NCBI GenBank assembly: GCA_041751215.1
Contig: JBGSXW010000003.1
Span: 19,613-83,612 of the forward strand
Reading direction: 5' to 3'
Source of the DNA: Candidatus Saccharimonadales bacterium
Lineage (GTDB): Bacteria > Patescibacteriota > Saccharimonadia > Saccharimonadales > JBGSXW01
Length of the DNA: 64,000 bases
The number at the start of each line of letters is the position of its first letter. Position 1 is the first letter of the stretch. The notes below the pieces were generated by a model. It saw only the letters and a list, made by a program, of their open reading frames with translations. It was not told the origin of the DNA and searched no databases. This document shows, in pieces, positions 54,497 to 63,492 of this stretch. The position numbers were made by a program, and so were the translations under genes.

Positions 54497-54505
54497 TGCT
54501 AAAAT
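54497..54505 (+). promoter_or_regulatory. Extended -10 box, 7 nt from the ftsE GTG (leaderless-type)
   Basis: TGCTAAAAT, then AGTCGAC, then GTG at 54513. Confidence 0.4.
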
Positions 54506-54512
54506 AGTCGAC

Positions 54513-55193
54513 GTGATCCTATTTGATAGAGTTTCAAAACAGTACAACAAGAACTCGATTGCCCTAAATCGCATCAGCCTACACGTCGAGCCCAAAGAAT
54601 TCGTACTTCTAGTAGGAACGAGCGGTGCTGGTAAGTCGACTTTGATGAAGCTAATTACCCGGGAAGAAAAGCCAACTTCTGGGAAGATTGTTATTGGCGG
54701 AATTGATTACAACGAGCTTAAAGATAGAAATGTCCCGCTTTTGCGACGCAAAATCGGTGTGGTATTTCAGGACTTTAAGCTATTACCAAACCGCACAGCG
54801 TTTGAAAACGTAGCCTTTGCTCTTGAAATTGTCGGTATGTCCAAGCGCGAGATTGAACACACAGTGCCGAAAGTACTCGAGCTAGTAGGGCTTAAAGACA
54901 AGGCTCACCAATTTCCGAGCCAGCTATCTGGGGGCGAACGACAGCGTGTCGCCATTGCGCGAGCGGTGGTTAGGCAACCCAAGATTTTAGTTGCCGATGA
55001 ACCGACCGGTAACTTAGACCCCAAGCACGCCTGGGACATTATTCGGATTTTGCAAAAAATTAATCAACACGGCACTACAGTATTGCTAAGTACACACAAC
55101 CAAGAGATCGTGAACAAGCTAAAACGTCGTGTCATTACGATATCTGACGGTCAAATTGTTAAAGACCAAGCCAGAGGGGTCTATAAGGCATGA
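54513..55193 (+). CDS. ftsE: Cell division ABC ATPase FtsE
   Basis: GTSGAGKST (Walker A), [14 protein letters not shown] (signature) and [12 protein letters not shown] (Walker B). Confidence 0.93.
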   Translation: MILFDRVSKQYNKNSIALNRISLHVEPKEFVLLVGTSGAGKSTLMKLITREEKPTSGKIVIGGIDYNELKDRNVPLLRRKIGVVFQDFKLLPNRTAFENVAFALEIVGMSKREIEHTVPKVLELVGLKDKAHQFPSQLSGGERQRVAIARAVVRQPKILVADEPTGNLDPKHAWDIIRILQKINQHGTTVLLSTHNQEIVNKLKRRVITISDGQIVKDQARGVYKA

Positions 55194-56128
55194 AGACTTG
55201 GCTAAAACGCAACCTAATTACACTTGGACGAGTTTGTCACGCCGGCGTGCGCAACTTTTTTAGGAATGCTTGGCTAACAACAGCAGCCACAGCGGTCATG
55301 ACGGTTACGCTCACAATTGCTCTCTCGGCTGTAGTGATTAACATGGCGCTCTCAGACACAATTGACGACATAGCCAAAGATGTTGCAGTTTCAGTTTATG
55401 TCTATGATGGTGTAGAGCAGCCTGAGTTGGACGCGCTGAGGCTGGCGCTGACAGGGAACGAGGTGGTAGACAGTGTTAACTACATCAGCAAAGAGGAAGC
55501 TTTGTCTATCTTTCAGGAAAGAAACCAAGACAGCCCGGAGATTCTAAAGGGCCTATCTGTCACAGACAATGTTTTACCAGCTTCTTTTGAAGTAAATCTT
55601 AAAGATCTGTCGAGAGTTGATGAAATTGTAGCCCTGACAGAGCAAGAGCAATTTAGCGACACGGTCGAAGAAACCAGTGTTAACGAAGAGCGCCGAAAAT
55701 CGATTGATCGAATTGCCGGTGGACAGCAGTTTATAACCAGAGCCAGCGTTGCGGCCGGAGTTATATTTGGCGTAATCTCAACACTTATAATTTTCAACAC
55801 CATCAGAATGGCTATCTTTACCCGCAGCTACGAAATAGAAATCATGAAGCTGATTGGGGCTACACCGGGTTACATAAGGGGACCGTACTTGTTTGAAGCT
55901 TCGCTCTACGGTGTTATTGCGGGTATCTTGGCTTTTGTGACGGTCTATACCGGCTTGCTAGGGCTCGGCACCAAAGTGGAGCAACACATAAAAGTAAACG
56001 ACACCATCGACTTCATGAACGAATATTGGTACCTAGTATTTGGTGTGATGATAGGGGCAGGTGTACTGATTGGCTTTATATCTAGCGGCGTAGCAATGGC
56101 CAAGTATTTACGCATTAGCAAGTGGTAG
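55190..56128 (+). CDS. ftsX: Cell division permease-like protein FtsX
   Basis: NFFRNAWLTTAATAVMTVTL, a large extracytoplasmic loop and 3 C-terminal TMs. Overlaps ftsE (ATGA). Confidence 0.88.
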   Translation: MKTWLKRNLITLGRVCHAGVRNFFRNAWLTTAATAVMTVTLTIALSAVVINMALSDTIDDIAKDVAVSVYVYDGVEQPELDALRLALTGNEVVDSVNYISKEEALSIFQERNQDSPEILKGLSVTDNVLPASFEVNLKDLSRVDEIVALTEQEQFSDTVEETSVNEERRKSIDRIAGGQQFITRASVAAGVIFGVISTLIIFNTIRMAIFTRSYEIEIMKLIGATPGYIRGPYLFEASLYGVIAGILAFVTVYTGLLGLGTKVEQHIKVNDTIDFMNEYWYLVFGVMIGAGVLIGFISSGVAMAKYLRISKW

Positions 56129-56245
56129 TCAGGTAATTGCTAAAGCATTTAACTAAATACTTAAAGGTTCCGCAAACAACAGAGTGGGCAGATTAAATTT
56201 GACTTTGACTAATTCTACATAAGCGCTATAATTAAGCGACACATT

Positions 56246-57412
56246 ATGAATGCGGTCAAACAAACACTCCTATCAAAAAAAGTTCTCGTAATTGCACTGG
56301 CAGTGGCTTTGTCTGCTGTTATTTTCTTTGCAGCTATTAAGCCGGCCATTGCGGTTAATTTAGCCGAGCTGCAAGAAGAGATAGCCCGGCTAGAAGGTCG
56401 GATCGGCAATAACAAGGAAACTTTAACTGAAATTAGAAGCCAGAAGGACACCTTAGAGAACCGAATCGCATCGCTTAACTCCGAAATTGCTGAGATCGAC
56501 GACCGCATAAGACTAACCGAACTTAAGATTAAAGAACTAGAAATTCAAATTGACGCCAAAACCAAAGAGCTTGACGAGCAAAAAGAGCTTCTGGGCGAAA
56601 ACCTCAAGCAGCTTTATAAGACCGGCGATTTATCGACGCTTGAATTGCTGGCATCAAGTGATAGCTATACCGATTTTATAAATGACCAAGAGTATCTTGA
56701 GCGAATCAAAGCTGGTATTCAAGAATCAGCCGACAAAGTTGAGGCACTCAAAAATCAACTCGAGAAACAACGAGACACCCAAGAGCTGCTGCGGATCGAG
56801 CAACGGAATCAAAGAGAAGCGGTGGCTGGGAAGAAAGCCGAACAAAACGAGCTGCTTGCTGAAACCGAAGGACAGGAGTCTCGATATCAGACCATCGTAT
56901 CTAGAGATAACAGAGCACTAGAGGAGGCCTACTCAGCTCTAAACGCCGAATTGGCCAGGCGAGCTGTAAATAATACTGGCCAGACTTACTTTGGTACTGG
57001 AAGCTATCCGTTTGCCACTGCATGTACTAATCCTTACCCAGCTCCATGGGGAGAAAGTAACTGCTGGTACCATCCTTATGTTGATGCCGGCGGGTATCCG
57101 TATCGACAGTGCACGAGCTACGTGTTTTGGCGCCGCGGTAACATTGGCCGACCAGTTCCAGGCTACATGGGTAACGCTGCTCAGTGGCCAGGATCAGCTT
57201 CCGCTGCTGGCTACAAGGTTAACTACACACCAAAGAAGGGCGCAATTGGCGTCATTCCAGGTGGCTTCGGTCACGTGTTCGTAGTTGAAGAAGTTTTAGG
57301 CAACAACCAGGTGCGAGCAAGTCAGTACAACGATCCAGGCCAGAACGGTGGTCAGTGGGGCATGTACAGCGAGGTTATTTATAACACGTCTGGGCTTGTC
57401 TTTATTCACTAA
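56246..57412 (+). CDS. Secreted coiled-coil + CHAP-domain peptidoglycan hydrolase (PcsB-like architecture)
   Basis: Signal/anchor, ~230-aa heptad-rich region, then YRQCTSYVFWR (Cys) ... GFGHVFVVEEV (His), the CHAP pattern. Confidence 0.8.
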   Translation: MNAVKQTLLSKKVLVIALAVALSAVIFFAAIKPAIAVNLAELQEEIARLEGRIGNNKETLTEIRSQKDTLENRIASLNSEIAEIDDRIRLTELKIKELEIQIDAKTKELDEQKELLGENLKQLYKTGDLSTLELLASSDSYTDFINDQEYLERIKAGIQESADKVEALKNQLEKQRDTQELLRIEQRNQREAVAGKKAEQNELLAETEGQESRYQTIVSRDNRALEEAYSALNAELARRAVNNTGQTYFGTGSYPFATACTNPYPAPWGESNCWYHPYVDAGGYPYRQCTSYVFWRRGNIGRPVPGYMGNAAQWPGSASAAGYKVNYTPKKGAIGVIPGGFGHVFVVEEVLGNNQVRASQYNDPGQNGGQWGMYSEVIYNTSGLVFIH

Positions 57413-57501
57413 ATGCTTGCGGTTAAGCCAGCCTTTAGGTAGCGTTAGTGTAAAGCAAGAAGCAATCATTAAGACAGAAGGGGCTACTCGGTAGTGTTGT
57501 T

Positions 57502-58731
57502 ATGAAAGAGATTAAGTTTTATCAGCCTAATCCCACTGCACGTCGTGGCTGGGTGCAGCCAGCAGCCATTGTCCTTGGCTTTGTACTCGTCACGATCTTA
57601 GCCTTTGGCGCTGGTATTTATGCGCAAAGATCTGGTTGGATTAACGATGTTTTAAATAAATCATCAAATGATAAAGTTGGGCTGCCTGACGACCTTAACT
57701 ACGAATCCGTCGAAGAGCTTTATGACGTTTTGCGCAAACAATACGACGGTGAGCTAAGCGAAGAAGAACTACTCAATGGCCTTAAGTCTGGGTTGGCCGA
57801 AGCAGCCGGCGATCCGTACACAACTTATCTAGACGAGGAAGATGCTGCTCAGTTTGAAGAGGATCTTAATGGAGTCTTTGTGGGTATCGGCGCCGAGTTG
57901 GGTAAAGAAAACGGCAGCTTGATCATCGTTGCACCGATAGACGGCTTTCCGGCAGCCGAAGCTGGCTTATTGCCTAAAGACAAAATTCTAGCGGTCGACG
58001 GTGAAGATGCCACTGGCATGACGATCGAAAAGGCCATTAGCCTAATAAGAGGCGAAGAAGGAACCGATGTGCGATTGCTTATCGGACGAGGCACAACGCA
58101 AAAGGAATATGTAATTACCCGCGAGACTATAACTGTACCAAGCGTTAACAGTGAGGTTAAAGAGGGGAACATTGGCTACATTAGGATTACTCGATTCGCC
58201 AACGATACGGCGTCGCTGGTTGATAAGGCCGCTCAAGAGCTTAAGTCTCAGAATGTGTCAGCAGTTATCTTAGATTTGCGTAATAACTCGGGTGGATTAT
58301 TGCGCGCGGCGGTTGATGTGTCCAGTTTGTGGCTAGACGGCAAGGTGGTCGTGGAGCAACGTCAGGGCGGCCTTACCGTCGACTCTGTTTACTCGGCCAA
58401 TAATCCAGCGCTTGCTGGACTTCCAACTATAGTATTGATAAATCCTGGTAGTGCTAGCGCCAGTGAGATTGTTGCCGGCGCCTTAAGGGATCACAAGGTA
58501 GCAACATTGCTTGGTGAAACCAGCTTTGGCAAGGGGAGCGTTCAAGAATTAGAAGAACTATTTGGCGGAGGATTGCTCAAGGTAACCGTAGCCCGCTGGT
58601 ACACGCCAGGCGGAGTGAACATTGACGAAGCGGGTCTGACTCCAGATGTAAAAGTTAAACTAACGGTAGACGACATAACTGCTGGCCGCGACCCGCAACT
58701 AGACGAAGCAATCAAACGATTCAAGCAATAG
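57502..58731 (+). CDS. C-terminal processing (S41) peptidase with PDZ
   Basis: VGIGAEL.., a PDZ segment, LDLRNNSGGLL and GSASASEIVAGALRD..GETSFGKGS. Confidence 0.9.
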   Translation: MKEIKFYQPNPTARRGWVQPAAIVLGFVLVTILAFGAGIYAQRSGWINDVLNKSSNDKVGLPDDLNYESVEELYDVLRKQYDGELSEEELLNGLKSGLAEAAGDPYTTYLDEEDAAQFEEDLNGVFVGIGAELGKENGSLIIVAPIDGFPAAEAGLLPKDKILAVDGEDATGMTIEKAISLIRGEEGTDVRLLIGRGTTQKEYVITRETITVPSVNSEVKEGNIGYIRITRFANDTASLVDKAAQELKSQNVSAVILDLRNNSGGLLRAAVDVSSLWLDGKVVVEQRQGGLTVDSVYSANNPALAGLPTIVLINPGSASASEIVAGALRDHKVATLLGETSFGKGSVQELEELFGGGLLKVTVARWYTPGGVNIDEAGLTPDVKVKLTVDDITAGRDPQLDEAIKRFKQ

Positions 58732-58796
58732 CAGCTTGCTAAGGTGTCCGGCATCAGTTATCATGAGTGCTGATTAATAGGCCAGGGAGGCATTTG

Positions 58797-60410
58797 GTGG
58801 CAGCAAAGACTGCAACTAAGTATATTTTTGTTACAGGTGGTGTCTTGTCGGGGCTCGGCAAGGGTATCACTGCCGCCTCCATCGGGAACATTCTTCAGGC
58901 CCGCGGTCACTCTGTAAATATCCAGAAGCTCGACCCTTATCTAAATGTTGATGCCGGTACTTTAAATCCTGCCGAACACGGCGAATGCTTTGTTACAAAA
59001 GACGGGGCAGAGACCGATCTTGACCTTGGTCACTACGAGAGATTTTTAGATGTTGAGTTAACGCAAAAGAGCTCGGTTATGAGCGGGCGTATTCTCCTGA
59101 GATTAATAAAAGATGAACGAGCCGGTAAATATCTTGGCAAGACGGTTCAGGTTGTGCCTCACTTTACTAACGCCATTCAGGACGCAATTGTCGAAGCCGG
59201 TGAGGGGTTTGACATTCATATCGTTGAGATCGGCGGAACCGTCGGTGATTATGAGTCGCCAGCCTTTTTTGAAGCCATTCGAGAACTACAGGGCAGAGTC
59301 GGCAAGGAGCACTGCCTTTATGTTCACGTTGTTTACTTGCCATATTTAGGCACCAGCAAGGAAATAAAGACTAAGCCTGCTCAAAACGCTACAAGGGACC
59401 TGCGTGCTCTAGGAATTTTGCCTGACGTACTAGTAGCTCGAAGCGAGGTATCCGGAGACGACCCAAGCATTAAGTCCAAATTAAGTGCATTCTGTGGAGT
59501 AGAGCCAGCGGGGATCGTCTTGCTGCCCAACGCCCAGACTGTTTACGAAGTTCCGATTACTCTAGAAGATGCCGGCATCGGTGACTATATCGCAAACAAA
59601 CTCTACATAAAGGGCAAGCGACCCGCCCACAAGCAGTGGAGAGAGCTGGTAAAGGAAGCTACCGCTGAGCGCAACCAACACGTAAAGGTTGGAGTGGTAG
59701 CTAAATACCTAGACAACGAGGACACCTACATGTCAGTCTTCGAGGCGCTAAAAAGCGCTGCCTGGAAGCATAAGGTTGAAATCGACATTGTATGGGTTGA
59801 CGCGGAAAAGATCGAAAAGGAAGGTCCTACAGAAAGTCTGAAAGGACTTGACGGCATTCTAGTACCAGGGGGATTTGGTTCCCGTGGAGTTGAAGGTAAG
59901 GTCATAGCCGCACAGCATGCCATCAAACATCAAACTCCGTACTTGGGACTATGCTTAGGAATGCAGGTAGGGGTGGTGGCGTTTGCACGCAACAATGGGT
60001 TCCCCGAAGCCACAACTGCTGAGATCGAGCCAGAAGCCAAAGATCCGGTCATCTACGTTATGGAGGGGCAGGAAGCAATCTTAGGAACGGGCGGAACCAT
60101 GAGGTTAGGCGACTACGAGTGCGTAATCGATAAACACTCGAAGGCCTACAAGCTTTACGGTAAAAAATCAGTCAATGAGCGTCATCGTCATCGGTTTGAA
60201 TTTAACAATCATTACCGAGAGGCTTTGGTTGAATCCGGCCTAAAACTTGCAGGTGTGTCCCCAGACAATAAACTAGTTGAACTAATTGAAATCGAAGACC
60301 ACCCATTCTTTATGGCTAGCCAGTTCCACCCAGAGTTTAAATCTCGACCAAATCGCGCCCACCCCATGTTTGACGGCTTTGTTGCGGCGCTGGCTAAGAC
60401 CAGACGCTAA
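58797..60410 (+). CDS. pyrG: CTP synthase
   Basis: GTG at 58797 after GGGAGG gives V(M)AAKTATKYIFVTGGVLSGLGKGITAAS. GLCLGMQ is the glutaminase Cys. FHPEF. Confidence 0.95.
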   Translation: MAAKTATKYIFVTGGVLSGLGKGITAASIGNILQARGHSVNIQKLDPYLNVDAGTLNPAEHGECFVTKDGAETDLDLGHYERFLDVELTQKSSVMSGRILLRLIKDERAGKYLGKTVQVVPHFTNAIQDAIVEAGEGFDIHIVEIGGTVGDYESPAFFEAIRELQGRVGKEHCLYVHVVYLPYLGTSKEIKTKPAQNATRDLRALGILPDVLVARSEVSGDDPSIKSKLSAFCGVEPAGIVLLPNAQTVYEVPITLEDAGIGDYIANKLYIKGKRPAHKQWRELVKEATAERNQHVKVGVVAKYLDNEDTYMSVFEALKSAAWKHKVEIDIVWVDAEKIEKEGPTESLKGLDGILVPGGFGSRGVEGKVIAAQHAIKHQTPYLGLCLGMQVGVVAFARNNGFPEATTAEIEPEAKDPVIYVMEGQEAILGTGGTMRLGDYECVIDKHSKAYKLYGKKSVNERHRHRFEFNNHYREALVESGLKLAGVSPDNKLVELIEIEDHPFFMASQFHPEFKSRPNRAHPMFDGFVAALAKTRR

Positions 60411-60472
60411 CCTAAGAGAGTTAGGGTTGTGGCATCGTTGCCAAAGACCTTAAGCTGGTTTAGGATAAGAGT

Positions 60473-60916
60473 ATGGATGAATCAACACAAACACCAGCTG
60501 CACCAGCACCTCAGCCGACTCAAAATAACGCCGGAACCAAACGACTGCTATTAGTAGAAGATGACATGGGCTTAGCCAATGTCTACAAGACGCGCCTAGA
60601 GGCCGAAGGTTTTGAAGTTAAACACGTGCCAAACGGTGAAGACGCCTTATCGACAGCCATCGAGTTTAAGCCAGACCTAATTTTGCTAGATGTTATGATG
60701 CCCAAGATCAGTGGCTTTGATGTTCTGGACATTATTCGCAACACACCAGAGACCGCTAACATCAGAGTCGTTATGCTCACAGCGTTGAGTCAGCCTAAAG
60801 ATCAAGAGCGCGCCAAGCAGCTTGGAGTAGATGATTACTTAGTTAAATCACAAGTTGTTATCGCCGATGTAGTGCAGCGCGTAAAGTATCACTTGGGATT
60901 AGCCGACGAAGCCTAA
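60473..60916 (+). CDS. Stand-alone response-regulator receiver domain protein (CheY-like)
   Basis: LLVEDD, DLILLDVMMPKISG (phospho-Asp), MLTAL and YLVKS (Lys). No output domain and no adjacent kinase. Confidence 0.85.
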   Translation: MDESTQTPAAPAPQPTQNNAGTKRLLLVEDDMGLANVYKTRLEAEGFEVKHVPNGEDALSTAIEFKPDLILLDVMMPKISGFDVLDIIRNTPETANIRVVMLTALSQPKDQERAKQLGVDDYLVKSQVVIADVVQRVKYHLGLADEA

Positions 60917-60955
60917 GGCTTGCAGACGGTTCAAGAGAGAAGATAAAAGTAGCAG

Positions 60956-61228
60956 TTAGACTATAGAAACTTCGGTTCGGCGCACGGTTTTACCGGTAAA
61001 GCGTCGAACTTTTGTTTCACGGAAGGCAACAACGCCATCTTTTGCGGCAAAGATGGTAAAATCTCGTCCCATCTTTGTGCCTGGGCCGGCTACTTTCGTG
61101 CGTCCAATTTGGCGAACAATAACAGATCCGGTTGTGACTTTTTCGCCACCAAAGGCTTTAACGCCTAGACGCTGGCCTGGACTGTCGTGAACGTTTTTAC
61201 TGGAACCACCGGCTTTGGTATGACTCAT
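60956..61228 (-). CDS. rpmA: 50S ribosomal protein L27
   Basis: MSHTKAGGSSKNVHDSPGQRLGVKAFGGEKV..GSVIVRQIGRT. Confidence 0.93.
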   Translation of the reverse strand: MSHTKAGGSSKNVHDSPGQRLGVKAFGGEKVTTGSVIVRQIGRTKVAGPGTKMGRDFTIFAAKDGVVAFRETKVRRFTGKTVRRTEVSIV

Positions 61229-61232
61229 ATCC

Positions 61233-62381
61233 TTACTTTCTCTTTAAGACCAACAATTCGCGTCCGACAACTTGTTCGGGACGGCGATAAATAAGTGGCT
61301 GGTCGGCATACTTAAATTCCTGGCGATTATACTCAAATTTCTCGAGGTAGTCAACTATTGGCAAGCGTTTTGGCCGATTATTTACAAACCAAGCTGGCAC
61401 TGCGAGCACCAAAGGAGTGCTACTCGGGATCTGAGAGGCTAGATTTGTAAGGGTGTTTTCTAAAAGCCCATTAACCTCTGACATTACGCGTTCAAGCTTA
61501 GCGTCAGAGGGGGCTTGGGCCATCGGCTCACCTAAATAGATTTCCGCCACCACAGCACCAATCTTGGCTTCCCAGCGGTGAGTTGCAGCATCGGCTTCTT
61601 CAACCATTACACTGTGCCTTGTATTTGTAAGCTCAGAGTACCACTCCAGATTTGTCTGGGCGGCTTTGACCATGCGAGGATCAAGATCTGAGCCCCGGGT
61701 CTCGTAACCGAGCTCCAACGCCTCCATTAAAACAGTGCCAGTTCCGCAAAAGGGATCTAAGATTAGCGATTCTTTAGGAGCTTGAGCCAGATTGATCATT
61801 AAGCGGGCCAGCTTGGGCGGTAACATGCCAACTTTAGCATCTCGGACGGGCTTTTCGCGGTCTCGCTTTGTAAAGCGCTCAATATTTTGTACGGCTGTAG
61901 TTTTACCGATAAGCAATGAGCGATTGTTTAAGCAAACTAAAAATTCGACGCCACCAGGGGAGTCTAGTCGATTGTGCCAAACCTTGGCGGCGTTAAGAAC
62001 TCCGTCCGAACCAGCCGGAACAATCCGGCAACTCACACCTTTGGCCTTAAGGCCGCGCTTAAGTGTTAGTAGTTGCCGCTGAAGTCTTTGCGCTAAGAAC
62101 TTATCGCCGTAAACGCTTAGCCCAATTTTTAGCTTACCCGTGCTGCCTTGATGTTGCTTGAGTGCTAATCGCTCGAGCTCTCGCATCAAGTTTCCGCTTT
62201 GTTCTGGCTTAAGCTCGGTTAAGACCTCGGCTGATTTTAAAGCTCCGCCCAGGCGAGATAAATCGACAACGTCCTTAACAACCGCAACCTCAGAAGAGAA
62301 GGGCGATACTTGCTCATAGCAGCTTTCTAACTCAGCCAAACTAAGTTCCGGCTGACGGCCTAGAATAACAAGACATTTCAT
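61233..62381 (-). CDS. SAM-dependent methyltransferase (UPF0020/Trm11-like putative RNA methylase)
   Basis: Track ORF trimmed to ATG 62381 (MKCLVILGRQPELS..). ILDPFCGTGTVLMEA is SAM motif I. Confidence 0.7.
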   Translation of the reverse strand: MKCLVILGRQPELSLAELESCYEQVSPFSSEVAVVKDVVDLSRLGGALKSAEVLTELKPEQSGNLMRELERLALKQHQGSTGKLKIGLSVYGDKFLAQRLQRQLLTLKRGLKAKGVSCRIVPAGSDGVLNAAKVWHNRLDSPGGVEFLVCLNNRSLLIGKTTAVQNIERFTKRDREKPVRDAKVGMLPPKLARLMINLAQAPKESLILDPFCGTGTVLMEALELGYETRGSDLDPRMVKAAQTNLEWYSELTNTRHSVMVEEADAATHRWEAKIGAVVAEIYLGEPMAQAPSDAKLERVMSEVNGLLENTLTNLASQIPSSTPLVLAVPAWFVNNRPKRLPIVDYLEKFEYNRQEFKYADQPLIYRRPEQVVGRELLVLKRK

Positions 62382-62388
62382 TGCTATT

Positions 62389-62405
62389 ACTATAACAGCT
62401 ATAAT
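62389..62405. promoter_or_regulatory. Back-to-back -10 boxes in a 31-bp divergent intergenic region (both leaderless-type)
   Basis: The minus strand has TGTTATAGT, 7 nt, then ATG at 62381. The plus strand has TATAAT (62400-62405), 7 nt, then ATG at 62413. Confidence 0.4.
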
Positions 62406-62412
62406 AGTTGTT

Positions 62413-63492
62413 ATGTCAGAGGCTAAAACCGTCAAGGCCCCTAAAAAAGGCGAAAACAAGGTTCGAATTGTTTTACTAGCTATTGGAATCTTGGCGGTGG
62501 GAGTTTTGTTATTTACTAACCGCGAGGTTATTGGTGAAACGTGGGAGTTGTTAAAAACCCTTAACGTTTGGATTGTTTTAGCAATTCCTGTGCTGCAGCT
62601 AACTAGCTACTCGTTTTTAGCGCTTTATTATCGCTCGTTCTTTAGTGCGCTTGGGCATAAGCTTCGCTACCGATTGTCCTTCGAGTCAGTTGCTGCCCTG
62701 GCTTTTGTTAACCAGGTCTTGCCCTCAGGTGGCTTGTCTGGTATTTCCTATTTGGCTTATGCCTGGCGCAACGTCGCACCTCTCGGCACAACTACGATGA
62801 TTCAGATTTCTCGTTATGTGCTGAGCCTGATTGCTTATGTCGTAATCCTAACTACTGCCTCGGCTGTATTGTTCTTTAGCGAAGAGGGGATTAGCACAGA
62901 GATCAGGTTGGTGTTGTTGGTATTGATTTTCTTTACGTTCATTTGTGCACTTGGCTTCTTCCTAGTCATTAAATATTGGAAGTACAGTGACGGATTTTTG
63001 CACTGGTTTGCGAACAAGATAAACAGTTTTGCACGTTGGATTAGACGAAAACCAGCAAAATACGTACTGATTCAAGAAAAACCTCTCAAGAAAACATTAA
63101 ATGAGTTTCACAGCAAAATACTGTTGGTAGCCAAAGAGCGAAGAAAACTACTTCGGCCATTGTTCTGGGTGTTTATGAGTACACTAACTGAGAACCTCAT
63201 AGTCTATACGGCATTTTTAGCAATCGGAGTAACCATCAATCCAGCAATTTTAATTCTAGGATTTGCTGCAGCTAATGTTGCAGGGGTTATTTCGGTGATA
63301 CCAGGCGATGTCGGGGTTCATGAACTGGTCTTGGTGTTGGTCTTAAGTAGTTTTGGCGTGGATAGCGCAGCCGCTATATCGGCAGCACTGCTTTACCGCG
63401 TCTTTAACAAGTTGATTATCTTGCCAATCGGGTTCTACTTTTACAACCTAGTCTTAAAACCGGCCGAGCAAGTCGAGCTGAAGAATGGCTAA
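62413..63492 (+). CDS. Flippase-like / lysylphosphatidylglycerol-synthase TM-region family membrane protein (UPF0104-like)
   Basis: 8-TM profile. The N-terminal basic stretch followed by VRIVLLAIGILAVGVLLF.. is typical of the family. Confidence 0.65.
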   Translation: MSEAKTVKAPKKGENKVRIVLLAIGILAVGVLLFTNREVIGETWELLKTLNVWIVLAIPVLQLTSYSFLALYYRSFFSALGHKLRYRLSFESVAALAFVNQVLPSGGLSGISYLAYAWRNVAPLGTTTMIQISRYVLSLIAYVVILTTASAVLFFSEEGISTEIRLVLLVLIFFTFICALGFFLVIKYWKYSDGFLHWFANKINSFARWIRRKPAKYVLIQEKPLKKTLNEFHSKILLVAKERRKLLRPLFWVFMSTLTENLIVYTAFLAIGVTINPAILILGFAAANVAGVISVIPGDVGVHELVLVLVLSSFGVDSAAAISAALLYRVFNKLIILPIGFYFYNLVLKPAEQVELKNG

